64,000 nucleotides of DNA from Amoebidium appalachense (GCA_963693365.1 CAVNZM010000003.1:3791106-3855105); one strand, 5' to 3'. Shown: positions 1 to 22,386, counted from the first letter of the stretch. The notes: generated from the letters alone by a model not told the origin. Made by a program: numbers and translations.

Positions 1-295
1 CCCAACTCAAGATTTCCACCTCATTTGACGGTGGGTCGGTTGCACGTATAGTATAGAAGTGGTGGTGGTGGTTGTAATAGTTGGAGGGAAAGGTGAAAAG
101 CAGGGGGGGGGGGGGGGGGGGGGGGGGGGGAGGGGGGGGGGGGGGGGGGGGGGGGGATGGAGGGAGGTACTGATGGCCAAGTACACGTTCACGATGAAGA
201 ACACAATGAACAGCTCTTACAGAAACGAGCACATACACACAGTATGTATCACAAGTAGAGCCCAGCCTCCACGGAAAAAACGGGGGAAGGCGGTG

Positions 296-343
<48 letters not shown>

Positions 344-358
344 GGTTTCATAACAAAC

Positions 359-8543
<8,185 letters not shown>

Positions 8544-8864
8544 GCGGCTCTCTTTTGCCTTTGCAGGCATCGCGACTTATCTCAAATGGAGAGTGCCCGC
8601 CCACATGGCACCTGCATCATCCCCCCTTTGGTCAGCCTTCATGTGTTAACAATCATTGCTCATGTCGATAGAAGTTCCCGAAAAAGGGGAAACCACTGTG
8701 ACGTGCACTGATAATAAACTACTGGAAGCCTGTGTCCAACACATCTTCTGGTAAAGCAGTGTAAGAGAGCTATGTCTGTGCATGTGCAGCAGCTGTGCAT
8801 CCGAGGAGGCAAAGGAGGGGGATAAATAAGGGTATATGTGTCTGTGTGTGTAAGCGCGCTCGCG

Positions 8865-8909
<45 letters not shown>

Positions 8910-9667
8910 TGTGTAAGTGTGTGTCTGGTGAGTGAGTGAGTGTGTAGTTGTGCGTGCGTGAGCGTGTGTGTGCGTGCGCGTGGGTCTACAAGTGTCTTCT
9001 GTGTGTGCGTGCGTGCGTGCGTGCGTGCGTGCGTGTGTGCGTGTGCGTGCGCGTGCGTGTATGCGTGCGTGCGCCTTTAAAGGAGGAAAAGGAGGGACTC
9101 AAGAACCCGGTTGGTCCCTCCCACTCAAAGCAGCAGGCTTGCTTGGCTACGAGAACAAGGACACACCTTCCTAACCCCTTAATGCTTCACGGTTTTGGTC
9201 TAAACACACACCGAAGCAAAAAGAAAGTTGTCTTTACCTCCACAATGGGCGCCCAAGACAGCCGAGCTTTTCACACGGGGATCACTTGAAGAAGCCCGCT
9301 CCAGCACACACTTCAGTGTCCGGTTCCGCTCGACCTACGTCAGCCTAATCCAGCACTTTTCTACACCAAAAATAAGCCAGCTTCTTATAAACGTTAACGA
9401 GTTTTCCTTGGTAAAGGTTGTGGTTTTCTTCCTAAATATGAAGGAAAAATCCTCTTTCTAACAGTGGTGACTCCCAAAAAAAAAACACCGCAGGGACTCA
9501 GCTGAGTTTTCCCTTCGACCGTCCATATGACTTGATGCGCCCATGACACTCACTTTATTCTAAAGTCCTATTGGTTTTAGGGATGCTTTTAATCCAATAG
9601 GAAAAGAATCAACAAAACCTTTGCATTATGATTAGTTTAGGGTCGTTTGCTGCAGTTACCTTTAGTC

Positions 9668-9678
9668 TTTGGCGCCAA
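9668..9678. promoter_or_regulatory. E2F-type site TTTGGCGCCAA in the divergent USP/NUDT12 intergenic region
   Basis: Matches TTTSSCGC consensus, ~340 bp upstream of the NUDT12 ATG, with ATTGG/CCAAT motifs at ~9570 and ~9594. Function is inferred only. Confidence 0.3.
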
Positions 9679-10009
9679 GCAAATGAAGTGGTCATGATGA
9701 GCCAGCTGTGCCACGGGGAGGGAAAGTTTATTATGTCCAGTATATAAACTATTTGTTCGTATGAACGAATCACCTGTTTCTCACTGTTTCGTCTGTGCAC
9801 ATCAGTAGCGGTTAGTTTAGGGGTTTTACCGACGCATTATCTTTCCATGCAGGTGTTCATGCTTTTTTGAAAAGTGCTGATCCCAATTTGAACATAGGTC
9901 AAGCTTAGATCTTCCCAGCTACATCTTGTGCATCTGGTTTTTTCTGGATCTCCTGCCGGCTTAGTTACGAACGTTTACCGCTTTTACACTTTGTCGGGAA
10001 ATTGAAAAG

Positions 10010-10433
10010 ATGGCTGAAATTCAGATGTGGCTAAGTGGCAATCCTCTACACCGTGTCGGCCCGCAACGCTCAAAGCCAGACGCAGTAGACGCCCTAAAAA
10101 CCCGACCAGATGCTTTGTTTCTTCCTCTTTCAGCCAAAGCTTACAACCCGATTGTTTTCAAAACGGAAACCGGACCAACGAGGCCCTTATGGATAGCCAA
10201 ATCGGATATTACGGATGTTATCTTTACGGAAACTGATTTTGTGTTGCTTGGTGTGGACACGGCTGTGGGTGCCCCCAAGTTTGCATTTGTTGTGGATGAG
10301 GAGAGTGAATTAGCCAAGTCTCTCCTTGACGGAGATGAGAAAAGGTATGTCATATTGTTCGGTTTGCAAAGAGATAGATTGCGGGATGTTTCTACGCCGT
10401 GGTTAAGAGTTACGGAGGCAACGGGTACAAGGA

Positions 10434-10469
<36 letters not shown>

Positions 10470-11011
10470 AAGATTCGAAACCTACCTTGTTTTATATGTT
10501 TCCGTCAGCACTTGCTATAGATTTTGGTCCGCCCCCTCCCGCCAAACCCTCCCATGCTTCTCCTTCTTGTTGCCGCTTGCTCCGGGATAGGGCATAAAGT
10601 GGCCGGGGAAGGTGGAGGGGAGGGGGGGGGGGGGGGGGGGGGGGTTTAAGGATTAAAGGAGGAAGGGGGGGGGGGGGGGGGTGCACGTACGTGGGGGGGC
10701 AGAAGGGAGTGATATTTGATAGAGTTTTTATGAGATACCAGGTACTATTTCTAACTATATATATATATATATGGATTTGCAGCCGAAAGCACTAACACGA
10801 TCACTTACTTTACACTCTACCTCCCCCTTTACTCCTTCTTTCAGGGCTTCCCCCCTTCTCACCTTGCATCACCCCACTCTCTTCTCCTTCTTCACCCTTC
10901 CCCCCCCCCCCCCCCACCCCCCCCCCCCCCCCCCCCCCCCCCCGCCCCGTACACTCCCCTCTCCCCCCCCCCCCCCCACTCCCCCCCCCAAAACAACCCT
11001 CCAACCCCCTC

Positions 11012-11065
<54 letters not shown>

Positions 11066-11835
11066 AACAAACACAACCCCCCCCCCCCTCCCGCCCGCCC
11101 GCCCGCCCGCCCTCCCCCCCCCCCCCCCCCCCCCCCATACATACCCACACACACCCCACACCTATTCCTCATCCACTCCCTCTCGCCCGCCCCCCTTCCC
11201 CTCTCCCCTCCCCCCTCTCCCTCCCCTCCCCCCACCCTCCCCCTCTCCCGCCACCGTTCTTTCCCCCCGTTTCCCAAAATGCAGCTTTATGGATGCACGT
11301 ACTGCTACGATGGGCATGGGGCGAGATGAGGCCTCTATCGTAGGTCAGGCCAGAGCAATCTGTTTCTGGAACGGGCACAACCTGTATTGCTCACTGTGTG
11401 GATGTCGCAGTTCAATGGCCGAGGCCGGATACAAGGTATGTGTGATGTTGTTTTCTAATGAATGGTCAATAATTCTTGACGGCTAGGGCGGCGTTTATCT
11501 AGGATCCTTTACATGGCAATGGCACAGTTTCTATAATAGGAGGTATAACCATATATAGAGAAATGCGGAGAGAGACCTTTAAGTCATATCAAGGATTGAT
11601 TGGTTCTTCCATGGCTCTTTGGGCTCTTTCCCCTCCTTGGCTGCAGATCTAATACTGGTCTTGATGTTTTCTTTGTCTTTCTCAGAAATGGGTAACAATG
11701 CAAATTCACAGCAAATGCCTTCTCGATGTATCAAGACTGTTTTTCATGAAAGTTTGTTGTTTTTTACATGATACCTGCCCTTATTGGGGGGGGGGAGGAG
11801 GTTGGGATGGGGGGGGGGGGGGGGGGGGGGGGGGG

Positions 11836-11867
<32 letters not shown>

Positions 11868-12080
11868 TGGTGGTGGGGGGGGGGGGGGGGGTTGAGGGGG
11901 CAATGTGCATGAGAATGTTGCATCTAACTACATAGATCGATGTATGGCAGTGGATCACACTGGACATCACAACCACAACCATCAATAGAGTAAATATCCA
12001 TGCAGGCCCATATTTCTGTGTTTACACGAAGTCTCTTAAGCCCAAAGCCAAGGCTCGACCCCTTGCCCCATTGATCTTTA

Positions 12081-12127
<47 letters not shown>

Positions 12128-12440
12128 TAACTGTGTCTGTGTCTGTGTGTGTGTGTGTGTGTATGCCCCCCCAAAGCTCTGTCCTCTTGGTCTTTTCTTA
12201 CTCCCTGCCCTCCCCCACCCGCTCCCCCCTCCTACCCCTTCCTTCCCATCTTCCCTTCCCCCTTTCCTCGTACACGCCACACACATAATCTCTCAATCTC
12301 TCCTCCCCTCCCTCCCGCTTTCCCTTCTCCGCCCCCCCCCCCCCTCCCCCCCATCTTTTCCCTTATATAGCCTTATTCCTTTGCACTGTGTTGATAACTG
12401 ACTTATCTTTTGTTTATCCCTCCGGCTATTTCTCCGCTGT

Positions 12441-12473
<33 letters not shown>

Positions 12474-13274
12474 CATTTGGTTTTCTGCCGTTGCAGCGCG
12501 AATGCAGTAACGATAATTGCCGCAGCAAGAAGTCAGTCATCAACACGAGCTACCCACGCACAGATCCAACAGTAATAGTTTTGGTTGCGAGCAAAGACGG
12601 GGAGAGATGTTTGGTGGGGAGACAGGCTAGGTGGCCCAAGGGGATGTATAGCTGCCTGGCTGGGTTTGTGGAGGCGGGGGAGAGTATTGAAGAGGCGGCT
12701 GCGAGAGAGGTGGAGGAGGAGAGCGGTATGTGTGTGTGTACGTGTGTTGGGGGGGGGGGGGAGGGGGGGGGGGGGGGGGGGGTTAGTATGGGTAGGTTGT
12801 TGGGTGGGTGTGTGAGTGTGTTTTTTCGTGTGTGTGTGTATGTGCGTGTGTTTGTGTTTTTGTTTTTGTTGCTGAAGAGTTGTGGGGTGGTGGTGGTGGT
12901 AGTAAAATGGAAAGTCATTAGGAGGGGGGGGGGGGGGGGGGGAGGGGGTGTGGGGAGAAGGGGGGGGGGGGGGGGGGGGAGGGGGGGAGGTATGATGACA
13001 AGGCTATGAGAGGATGGGTGAGGGAGGGCAATGTGTGGTGGTATATTCCTGTGATGTGTGTGTATGTGTATGAGTTTGTGTGGAGCAACCGGTTGGCGGT
13101 GTATGGTGGGTTGGTATCTAGGTATACTTAATCGTTTGAGCGCATGTGTGAAGGGCGAGGGGGGGGGGGGGGGGGGGGGGGGGGAGGGGGGGGGGGGGGG
13201 GGGGGGGGGCATTTGGATGAACGAAGGAATGTATGCATCAGTAGGTAAAGAACTAGGGTGGAAAGCTGGCTCCC

Positions 13275-13308
<34 letters not shown>

Positions 13309-13568
13309 TTTGAAAGGGAAAGAAACGAGAGTTGAGGGAGAATGGTACATGACACTGTAGCTACGGTCTGACTACCGGTAGCCTGAAGCCAGCACACCTA
13401 ATGATCTGTGCAGGCCAGATGCACTTGAACAGAGCTCATCGTCCAGGGGAATCGCGTTGGTGATGGTGTGGGGGGAGGGGAAGAGGGAAGAGGTGTGTGT
13501 GTGGTGGTGGTGGGGGGGGGGGGGGGGGGGGGGGGGAGGATATTCACTGTAGCAGGTGGGGATTGAAG

Positions 13569-13600
<32 letters not shown>

Positions 13601-13740
13601 GGCATCGGGGCCGGGGGAGGGGGCTGGGGGGAGGGGAAGAGGGGAGAAGGGGAGGGGACAAAGGGGGGCGTCGAGGGAGGGGGAGACTGAAGCAAGAGAG
13701 CACGAAAATACATTACAGGTGGGTAGTCGAGAGGGGAAGG

Positions 13741-13775
<35 letters not shown>

Positions 13776-14100
13776 CTAATATATGAAGTGGGTTGGTGCG
13801 GGAGAGGGAGAGAGAATGTGTGTGTGTTGGGGAAAGGGGGGGGGGGGGGGGGGGGATAGAGAAGGGAGGGAGATATCCGTGTACAGTGAGACTCAATGCA
13901 TGTGTGTGTTTTTTTTCCTAGGGGTCAAGATTGGACTCAGTGCACGCTACATGTTCAGCCAGCCATGGCCCTTCCCTGCATCGCTCATGCTGGGCATGGT
14001 GGCCGTGGCTGAGACAGAGGATATCGACTTACGTAAATCCAAAACAACCTTTTTTTCCCCTCCGTTTTTATTTTTTGATTCTGAAAACCAACCCCCCCCC

Positions 14101-14132
<32 letters not shown>

Positions 14133-14349
14133 TTGGCTGTGTGTGATTGATAGAAGCTGCATTGTGTCCTCGTCATGGATGTATACTTCGTACTCTGTAA
14201 CACGTTCTAATCTCCCATCCGCCTCCCCCCATGCATACTCTTTATGTATGGTTTGCACTCTGCATCGTGTTATCCGTTGTTCTTGTGTACTTCGTACTTT
14301 ATGACGCATTTAACCCCCCCACCCCTCCCCAAAACAAACACACACACAC

Positions 14350-14393
<44 letters not shown>

Positions 14394-14421
14394 TACACAT
14401 ACACACACGCACACGCACGCA

Positions 14422-14468
<47 letters not shown>

Positions 14469-14541
14469 CATTTTTTTTTTCTTTGGCATAATCTGCTTCG
14501 TGTTGTGCCCTCTGTCGTAAATATGGAAATCATTACTCTGT

Positions 14542-14576
<35 letters not shown>

Positions 14577-14811
14577 TTTCTTCGGACGGGATGTGAGCTC
14601 TGTTCAAGTATTTTTTTCCTGCAACGTTTTGGATTTCGTCTTTTGTGTTTTTATCTTTGTGACCTGTTGAGTTCTTTCCTTTTACGGATGCCCACCCTCA
14701 CTAATCGCACCCCCCCCCCCCCCCCCCCCCGCCCTCCCCCCCTCCCCCGGCGGATAGGCTCCACTCGTGTTGCATACTTTGTGTGTGTGTTCCGGGTTTT
14801 CACACACATAG

Positions 14812-14849
<38 letters not shown>

Positions 14850-15015
14850 AATACACACAAAACTTACCCCTTCCCCTCATCCCCCACCCACCCACCCACC
14901 CCCGTCCCTCCCTCTCTCTCTCTCTCTCCCCCCCCCCCCCTCCCCCCTCCCTCCCCCCGCGCCCCCCTCCCCCCCCCCCCACCCTTCCCTCCCTCTCCCC
15001 TCCCCCCTCCCCCCC

Positions 15016-15046
<31 letters not shown>

Positions 15047-15254
15047 ACGCACGCACGCAGACGACCAAGAGCTCGAAGATGCCCGGTGGCTTACCCGTTC
15101 AGAAGTAGTAACAGCGCTGAATGCCAAATATGGCAGTGACGCACCTGTCTTCGTGCCCCCACCACAGACTATAGCCCACCAGCTTATTAAGGCTTGGGTG
15201 GACCGCCGCACGCCTATGGATGTATGTGTTCCCCTGTGTATATATATGGCTTAG
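10010..15254 (+). CDS. NUDT12: NADH pyrophosphatase / NAD-cap decapping Nudix hydrolase (NudC/NPY1/NUDT12 family)
   Basis: Exons 10010-10344, 11285-11435, 12497-12725, 13922-14032, 15061-15254 (alternatively a last intron 15222-15840 ending ...PMDN* at 15846). Zn ribbon YCSLCG...CSNDNC, YPRTDP, Nudix box [22 protein letters not shown], signature [28 protein letters not shown]. Confidence 0.92.
14180..14312 (-). repeat. Copy of the dispersed intronic repeat
   Basis: Reverse complement closely matches 33170-33255 (TTGAATGCGTCA..AAGTACGAAGTACACAAGAAC...); lies in NUDT12 intron 4 and abuts a poly-C run. Confidence 0.8.
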
Positions 15255-15643
15255 GCTTTGGCACGGATACACACATACACAGACACAGGTATATAAACAG
15301 ACACACGCGCATATAAACACACTTACACACACACACATTTATATATACACACACACACAGAACAGACACACAGACACACAAACACACAAGCATACATGCC
15401 CGTGCCGGCTCATGGCCACGAATACGCATTTGAGCCCGTGCAACACATGCACACAGGTTTTTGTAAAAAAAAAAAAAAAGTGTTTCAGGATACGGTGTTT
15501 TGTTGAATCTGCATTTCTGTGTGTGTGTGTGTGTGTGTGTGTTTTGGGCTTCTCCCTTGGTCACTCTATGGTGTTGTGGGTTGGTACTTGATATGAATGT
15601 TGGGGGTCTCTTTTCTTCTCTTCTCTTTTCTTTTTCCTTTTTT

Positions 15644-15678
<35 letters not shown>

Positions 15679-16322
15679 GGGGGGGGGGGGGGGGGGGGGG
15701 GAGGGGGGGGGGGGGGGGGGGGGGGGAGTTGGTTGTTTCTCTTTTCTTTTCTTTTCCTTTTTTTGTTTTTTTTTTTCGGGGAAGGGGGGGGGGGGGGGGG
15801 GGGATATGCAAATGGCTGATTTTGCTTTCCCTCGTTACAGAATTAAGGCGGTGTGTCATCGGCAATGGATAGACGGAACTTCTGTCGCCAAGACTAGTCT
15901 AACAACCCCACATTATGAATGGGCTCTGGGGCGAAAGAGAATAACCAAAAACCATGAGGCCCATCGTCTAGATCTGTGCACGTGGGTGTGTGGAGTGCAT
16001 GTGTGTATCATCGTTGTAGATGTGTTTTTTCGTTCAGGCAGCATGATTTGAAACCACTAAACCGGTTTTATCTTAATTGCTGCTTTATATGGCGATGCCT
16101 CTAAAAAGAGAAAGTGGGTTGCCATATTTGGGCAACGCCAATCATGGCATCTACAAGTTACTGTAGCTGTCGTGATCTGTGACGTTCGTACTGATGCCGT
16201 ATCGACGTCCTGTTGACTGCATTTGCAATGGCCATGCTGAAAGTGCCAAATTGGACCTGGAGAGTCGTCTTTGATTAAGGCTAAGTTTTTTTTGTTTTAT
16301 TTTTTTGTTTGTTTTTTTTTCT

Positions 16323-16363
<41 letters not shown>

Positions 16364-17869
16364 TAGGGAAGAAGAGGGTTGAACGAAAGCTAGACCCTGC
16401 ACAGACCAAGGCATAGAACTGGTTTAAGCTTTCGATCATATTGAGACACAAGTGCACATACACAAGTATGGGCGGTTGCACGTGTGCACACCTAGGCCAA
16501 CACACGCACACACAGTCACGCACATGCGCGCACGGGTGCGCGCGCACGCACATGCACACGCACACGCACGCGGTTCATTCATAACCATGGTTCTAAACTC
16601 AATCGAACGAGCACTGCATACACGTTTCCGTAACCTTCAATTTGACCTGCATGCACTATGTAGTATTAAGTAGTCAGGTGGCACCTACCCACTGAATCAA
16701 GTAACATATTGGAAGTGTGGTGCAAGGGCCGTGAGTTTCGGTTTACGTGGCTATGGTTTCACGTTTAACAAGGAATGTCATTAAGTTTTAGGCTTCTCAT
16801 GATACAGACACAGATTGTCATATAGGTGGAGGGGGGGGGGGGGGGGGGAAGAGGGGGAGGGGGGGGGAGGGGGGGGGGATTGGAGAGGAAGGGGTCCCCG
16901 GGCCCGGGGCAAAAGGGGGGGAGGGGGGGACGGCTGGGCCATGGGGCCGGAAGGAGGGTATATATAGGGGCTGGGGGGAGAGGATATGAGAGGGGGGGTA
17001 GGGGGGAGGGGGGAGAGGGAGGGCGGCTGTAGGTGTGTGTCTGTATGGAGGAGGGGGGGGAGGGGGTGGATGCATAGCACCACACGTGCGCAGTACCAGG
17101 ACCGCCACGAGCACACGAAGCAGAAAAAGAGTAGAGGTGTGTGAAAAACAACACACAGATCGCAACACGTGAAACATACACAGGGCCTCTCCTCAGGCTT
17201 TCCACATGTGGAAGCGAATGGCAAGTCAAGCACAGCAATCGGCCGCGGTGCTTGTTGCAAAGGAGGTGACGTGTGTGTGTGTGTGTGTGTATGTGTGTGT
17301 GTGCACGCTTGGCTTGTGCCCACCGTTGGCAACATGCCAAAGTAGCCCGAGACAGACCAGCCATTAACAATAATGCAACACAGTCCCCATAATCACGTAG
17401 AGTGGTGGGACCACCATGCGAATTGTTCCCATCAAGTGGGGAACTTATATTTCCACAGCGGCTCCCCTGTCCAATATAGACCCCGTTTAAAATTGACGGG
17501 CAAGTTAGGACAGCATGTCTCATGTGGTGCTTCTATCCTTCATTCATGCACAGCGGTCTGCCGCAAAACATACCTCAAGTGTCGATAAACCTACTGGGCA
17601 ACGGTTATCCCAGCACAACAGAAAGAGAAGAAAAGTTGTCAGATAACACCAGCTCAAAAGACTTAACACCGCACAATCCCCCCCCCCCCCCCCCCCCCCT
17701 CTCCAATTTAATACCAGTCTTATTACCGCAATATCGTTCACACCCTGGCGTCACAGGGCCAACCCACAGAAAAAAATCTACCTAGGAAACCATCACGACC
17801 ACGCCTCCCTGTGTGTTTTCGCCAATAAATGAGAACTTCACAAAAACAATAAATCATACCGGTAATTTT

Positions 17870-18943
17870 CTACGCTGCGCTAGTGGTAGCTTCAGGATCC
17901 GACGTCCTACCAGTCTTCTTCAAAGTCCCCAAAGGGAGGTTTCGTCGGCTAGTCTGCCAGCAGAACTTTCTCAGCGTGCCCAGGTCCTTTTTGTCGACAG
18001 GCCGATGTTTCCGCAGGCACCACACAAACCTCAAAACAAACCCATCATGATGAGTGGTTGACCACGAAAGAAGGTCTCTCATCTCAATCACAAGCTCCAA
18101 GCTCGATTCAAGAGACCACGACGCCGTAAGCCAGAAGATGAAATCCACAGAATCCTCCAGACACAAATCCTTCACCAGGAAATATACCAGGCGCGTAGTG
18201 AATGGCGCCAGGAGCCAATCGTTGGATACCAATCCGGCCAGGGTTGCAGCTCGGGAGATGGGCCATCTTTCTGTTATGATGCGTATAAGGCGTGCTATGG
18301 ATGATATTCTCCAGTCGGAGACCATCCACCGAATACCTGTTGCAATGCGGTGCAAATCGTACTCGGGGCATATGCGACGTAGGTGCTGGGCGGAACAATC
18401 TAGATTGTTCTCGGAGCGAATCCAATTGTGAAATCGTGTTCCGTACGCTGCATCCATGGCGAGAATGGTTGTGTCGATGCTCGCGGGGCGCAAAATTCGC
18501 TGATGTTGACCAAAATACGTTTGAGTGCCTGTGTTTTGCCCGGTGGTACATGTGCGTGCGGGTGTAGAAGGAGTGGGTACACGTTCTCTAGTTTGTACGC
18601 TTACATCAACTGCTGATGCTAGACGTGGTTCACACGAACTGGCTATGGGTAGTGGCTGTTGTAGCTGTGTGATGCCCAGGTTGAGGCATGACATGGGTGC
18701 GTTAGCCTGCACAAGCTGTTGCTGTGCACCCAGGAGTTCCCCCCTCAACTGTTGTGCGCGTTGGTGCAAAGCCACCGCTTGAGATTGTGAAGGATTGGAT
18801 GATAATGAACAAAGTGTCTGCGGCAACGCGGAGGGAATACTGATTAGCATAGCTGAGGGTGTGTTGGCGGGCTCCATACTCCTGAGTGCATGAAATGTTT
18901 CTGTTGGCACACCTCTCGAGATCTCTGCAGCTGCTGCAGGCAT
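17870..18943 (-). CDS. Intronless hypothetical protein with Q/P-rich N-terminus and ~16-aa Trp-periodic helical repeats
   Basis: Long, microsatellite-free ORF, first ATG at 18943 (~357 aa). C-terminal half has periodic VSDW/TERW/SNDW/VKDL/TASW/LLSW units. Confidence 0.7.
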   Translation of the reverse strand: MPAAAAEISRGVPTETFHALRSMEPANTPSAMLISIPSALPQTLCSLSSNPSQSQAVALHQRAQQLRGELLGAQQQLVQANAPMSCLNLGITQLQQPLPIASSCEPRLASAVDVSVQTRERVPTPSTPARTCTTGQNTGTQTYFGQHQRILRPASIDTTILAMDAAYGTRFHNWIRSENNLDCSAQHLRRICPEYDLHRIATGIRWMVSDWRISSIARLIRIITERWPISRAATLAGLVSNDWLLAPFTTRLVYFLVKDLCLEDSVDFIFWLTASWSLESSLELVIEMRDLLSWSTTHHDGFVLRFVWCLRKHRPVDKKDLGTLRKFCWQTSRRNLPLGTLKKTGRTSDPEATTSAA

Positions 18944-20640
18944 GTTTGCGGCTTGTTGTGCTTGTGTGGGTGATTGCAAGGAGGAAGATGTTACGGATAT
19001 GCGGCGTTTATTTACTGCTAATGAGTTCGTGAGTCATTTTGACGTGTTGTGTGTGTATTTTGAGCTACGGCACCAAGGGTGTGATCACGGTCAGTCGACC
19101 GACCATGTTCTTGTGTTTGGTTGTGGGTGAGATGCAGTATTGTGAATGAGAGCACCTTGCACTCAAAAATGCAGCAATGTTTGGCTACTAGAACACATAA
19201 AAGTTGTATTATGGTAACTCGTTGGTATTGTGCGCTACCAACCTCAACACAAACGCAAACATAAACACCAAGCCTCAACGTGGCACAAACCAGCACACTA
19301 TTAAAATACAAGTTCAGAGAAATAGCACCGGATATCAGTTGTAGTGCTATGGTATGATTGATGGGTTAAGAATGTGGTAGACAATGTGTGTGACAATCAA
19401 CGAACCAAAACACCCACTTTTGAACTTAGCCGCCAAATTCCCCCAAATTCGAATTCGGAATGGATTAGAGAGCACTCGCATGGATCTATATACCAATCAG
19501 ATTATCGCTAATGATCTGGCTGTAACTATGCGAGTATATCGCTTTACAATTTGAATACTAATTGACCTATACAAATAAGTGACAAGTAACCAATCAGATA
19601 TCTATTATGGGGATAGATAGTACTATTAGATACCATTAGATAGGCCTGCAAACTATAGTAATATGTTTCGAAATTCTTACGAATAGGTATACACCAATCA
19701 CTTCGCCATAACGTTAGATCTACAAGTCACATGTACCTCCCGCGCGCAGATCCAGCTGCGCCGCTGGGCGTCACAGCGTGCAATTTTCGAAGCTACCCTC
19801 GTCACCCTCGTCCCACCACACAAACTCAGTTGAAAACAGTAAAAAGTATGCATAATATTAATGACAGGCAAAGCGGCGGAGCATGACCTTCTTGAGTACT
19901 GCGGGAGTTGGCTACCATGGGGTCATCGACGTTCGTGTGATGCCAGCATGCTGGCAGGGTTTCAAAATATTAAGATGTCACTGTTCATGGCACTCAAACG
20001 GTCCCCAGGACCCCATGGCCCCTAACCCGTGTTGGCAACGTTTGAAACCACCACAAACATGAGATTAAAAAACATTTAGGTCTCCTTTTCTGGCCAAAGA
20101 AGCCTAACCTCATGGTCAAGTTATCCAAGAACAGGGCTGCCGTTTTGGGCCGCATGCCGACAGGCCAGTGCGCGACGTCGGAGGAATTTGAAGTTATCCG
20201 CCCGCATGCGGCTACGTGGCAACAGCACAGCTGTAGCTGAACGCCAACCGTTCCGACGACAAATCCATGCCGATACTTCTTTAAAATTTGGGAGAATTCA
20301 GTATATATGTGGTTGAGGAATGTGCCACGACAGACAGACTACAGTGAGGCGTTATGTGTGCGTGCCAATTTGAATTTATGCAAAGGCAGTGAGTGCCCCT
20401 CAAGTGTGCAAAAACATGAACAGCAGCGATTGCAATGATGAAAATTACTACTGCTCACCACCATGGCCACGACCATTCTCAAAGTAGCTATGTACTGAAG
20501 GGAAGGGGCTATGTACTAGGGATGTTCGTTTTTAATTTCCAAGAAAGGAGAAAATGAGGTATTCTAACGTAGCCTGTATTGTTGTGATTCTGCGCGCACG
20601 CGCACACGCACGCATACACGTATACCCACGCCCACGCAAC

Positions 20641-20864
20641 CACACACGCACAGACGCGCGCACACACAAAAAACGCACACACACGCACTGAAGCTGGCAC
20701 TCATACCACACACGCATGTACACGCACACACAGACAGAAACACCTCACGCAGCCACACACGTGGACACACACACGCACAGACGCGCGCGCACAAAAAAAA
20801 CGCACACACACGCACTGAAGCTGGCACTCATACCACACACACCTGTACACGCACACACAGACAG
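20641..20864. repeat. Tandem duplication with ~125-bp period
   Basis: CACACACGCACAGACGCGCGC...GCACTGAAGCTGGCACTCATACCACACAC...CACAGACAG occurs at ~20641-20737 and ~20770-20864. Confidence 0.85.
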
Positions 20865-21011
20865 GAACTATAAATGATTTATGCACACGCACGTGCGCCT
20901 CACATACACAGACGCGCATACGCGCAACAAGCGGCCCTGAACCCCGGGATTGGAGAAGAGAGAAAGAGGGAGGAGGGGGGGGAACGGATGGGGGGGGGGG
21001 GGGGGGGGGGG

Positions 21012-21073
<62 letters not shown>

Positions 21074-22386
21074 AATTGAGAGAGGGGGAGGGAGGGAGAG
21101 AGGGAGGGAGGAGCGAGAGAGAGAGCGAAGGGGAGAGAGGGAGAGGGGGGTGAGAGAGAGAAAGAGAGAGAGAGAGAGAGGGGGGGGGGGGGGGAGGGAG
21201 GGAGGGCGGGAAGTAGAGACAGGAGGAGAGAGATGTAGAGGGGGGAGGGGGGGACGAGGAAGAGAGTAGGAAAGAGACGGGGGGGGGGGGGGAAGGCAGA
21301 GAGAGAGAGAGAAGGAGAGGGAGGGAGGGAGAAGGAGGAAGGGAGAGAGGGGGGGGGCGGAGGGGGGAGGGAGGGAGGGAGGGGAAGGGAGACTCGGAGA
21401 TGCTCTAGACCTAAGGCATGCACACGCAAGCTCCCTTCTACCCCCTCCCCCCTTCCCCCCACCCCCCCCCCCCCCCCCCTCTCTCCCTTCTTCCCCTATG
21501 CCCACGACCCTTCCTTTTTCATCACGCCTACTTCCCCGCAGTCGTGTTTCCGGACCCCCACCCTATGCTATGGACCACGATCACCCTCCGGCCTACCGTA
21601 CAGCCTGCAGCGCCGCTCGAAGACGCCCTAATGAGCTAATGCTCAGGGAGTGTGTATTATCACTTCTAGATAGAGTTTATTCATGATTTACGTACATTTA
21701 TTTGACGGGTTCGAACATGGGCAACACATACTTGCACACCGTACACCGTTGAAAACACACAACACTCAGGAGCATGCATGCCTGCTCTTCAAGTTCAACT
21801 CTCGAACAGGACGCACCTTGCACCACAGCTGTACAGGCGGCTTGCCGGTGGGGCCGTGACATCATCGACCGAAGGGCCTTCCATAAATGGCTATTCTGCT
21901 CACTATCAGATGGCGGGACGTATTTTGATTGGTGAGCCGTTGCTGCTCAGTCCGCATTTTTTTTTGCTCTGCGACACGTGCCACATGACAATGTTTCACT
22001 GAACACAAGTTTATCATCAAACATTCGGCCAAAGGAGCATTTCCTAGAAGGTGAGGAGCGGAAAAATACGCCTGTAGTGTCTGTAAAGGGTTACTGTTGT
22101 ACGTTGATGGTCTTGTAATTTATTGCGTAGGTTGTGTGACTCCTTCCCCCCCCCCCCCCCTTTCCCGTTTACCCCTCCCCCCCCCCCCCCCCCTCCCCTC
22201 CCCCAACCCCTTTCACCCCCCTCCCCCCCCCCCCTCCCCCCCCCCCCCCCCGCCCCTCCCCCCCGCCTCTCTTCCCCGTCACTCCCCCCTTCGACATTCC
22301 CCCACCTTCATCTTCCCCATCTCTCCCCCCCTCCCCCTCCCCCTTATCTAACATTCGTACTGATATCCCACCTCACATTTAGAACC

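Noticed and set aside
16765-17523. 252-aa minus-strand ORF
   Set aside because: No recognisable motif; the second half is poly-Pro/HT repeat; probably UTR or intron downstream of the 17870-18943 gene.
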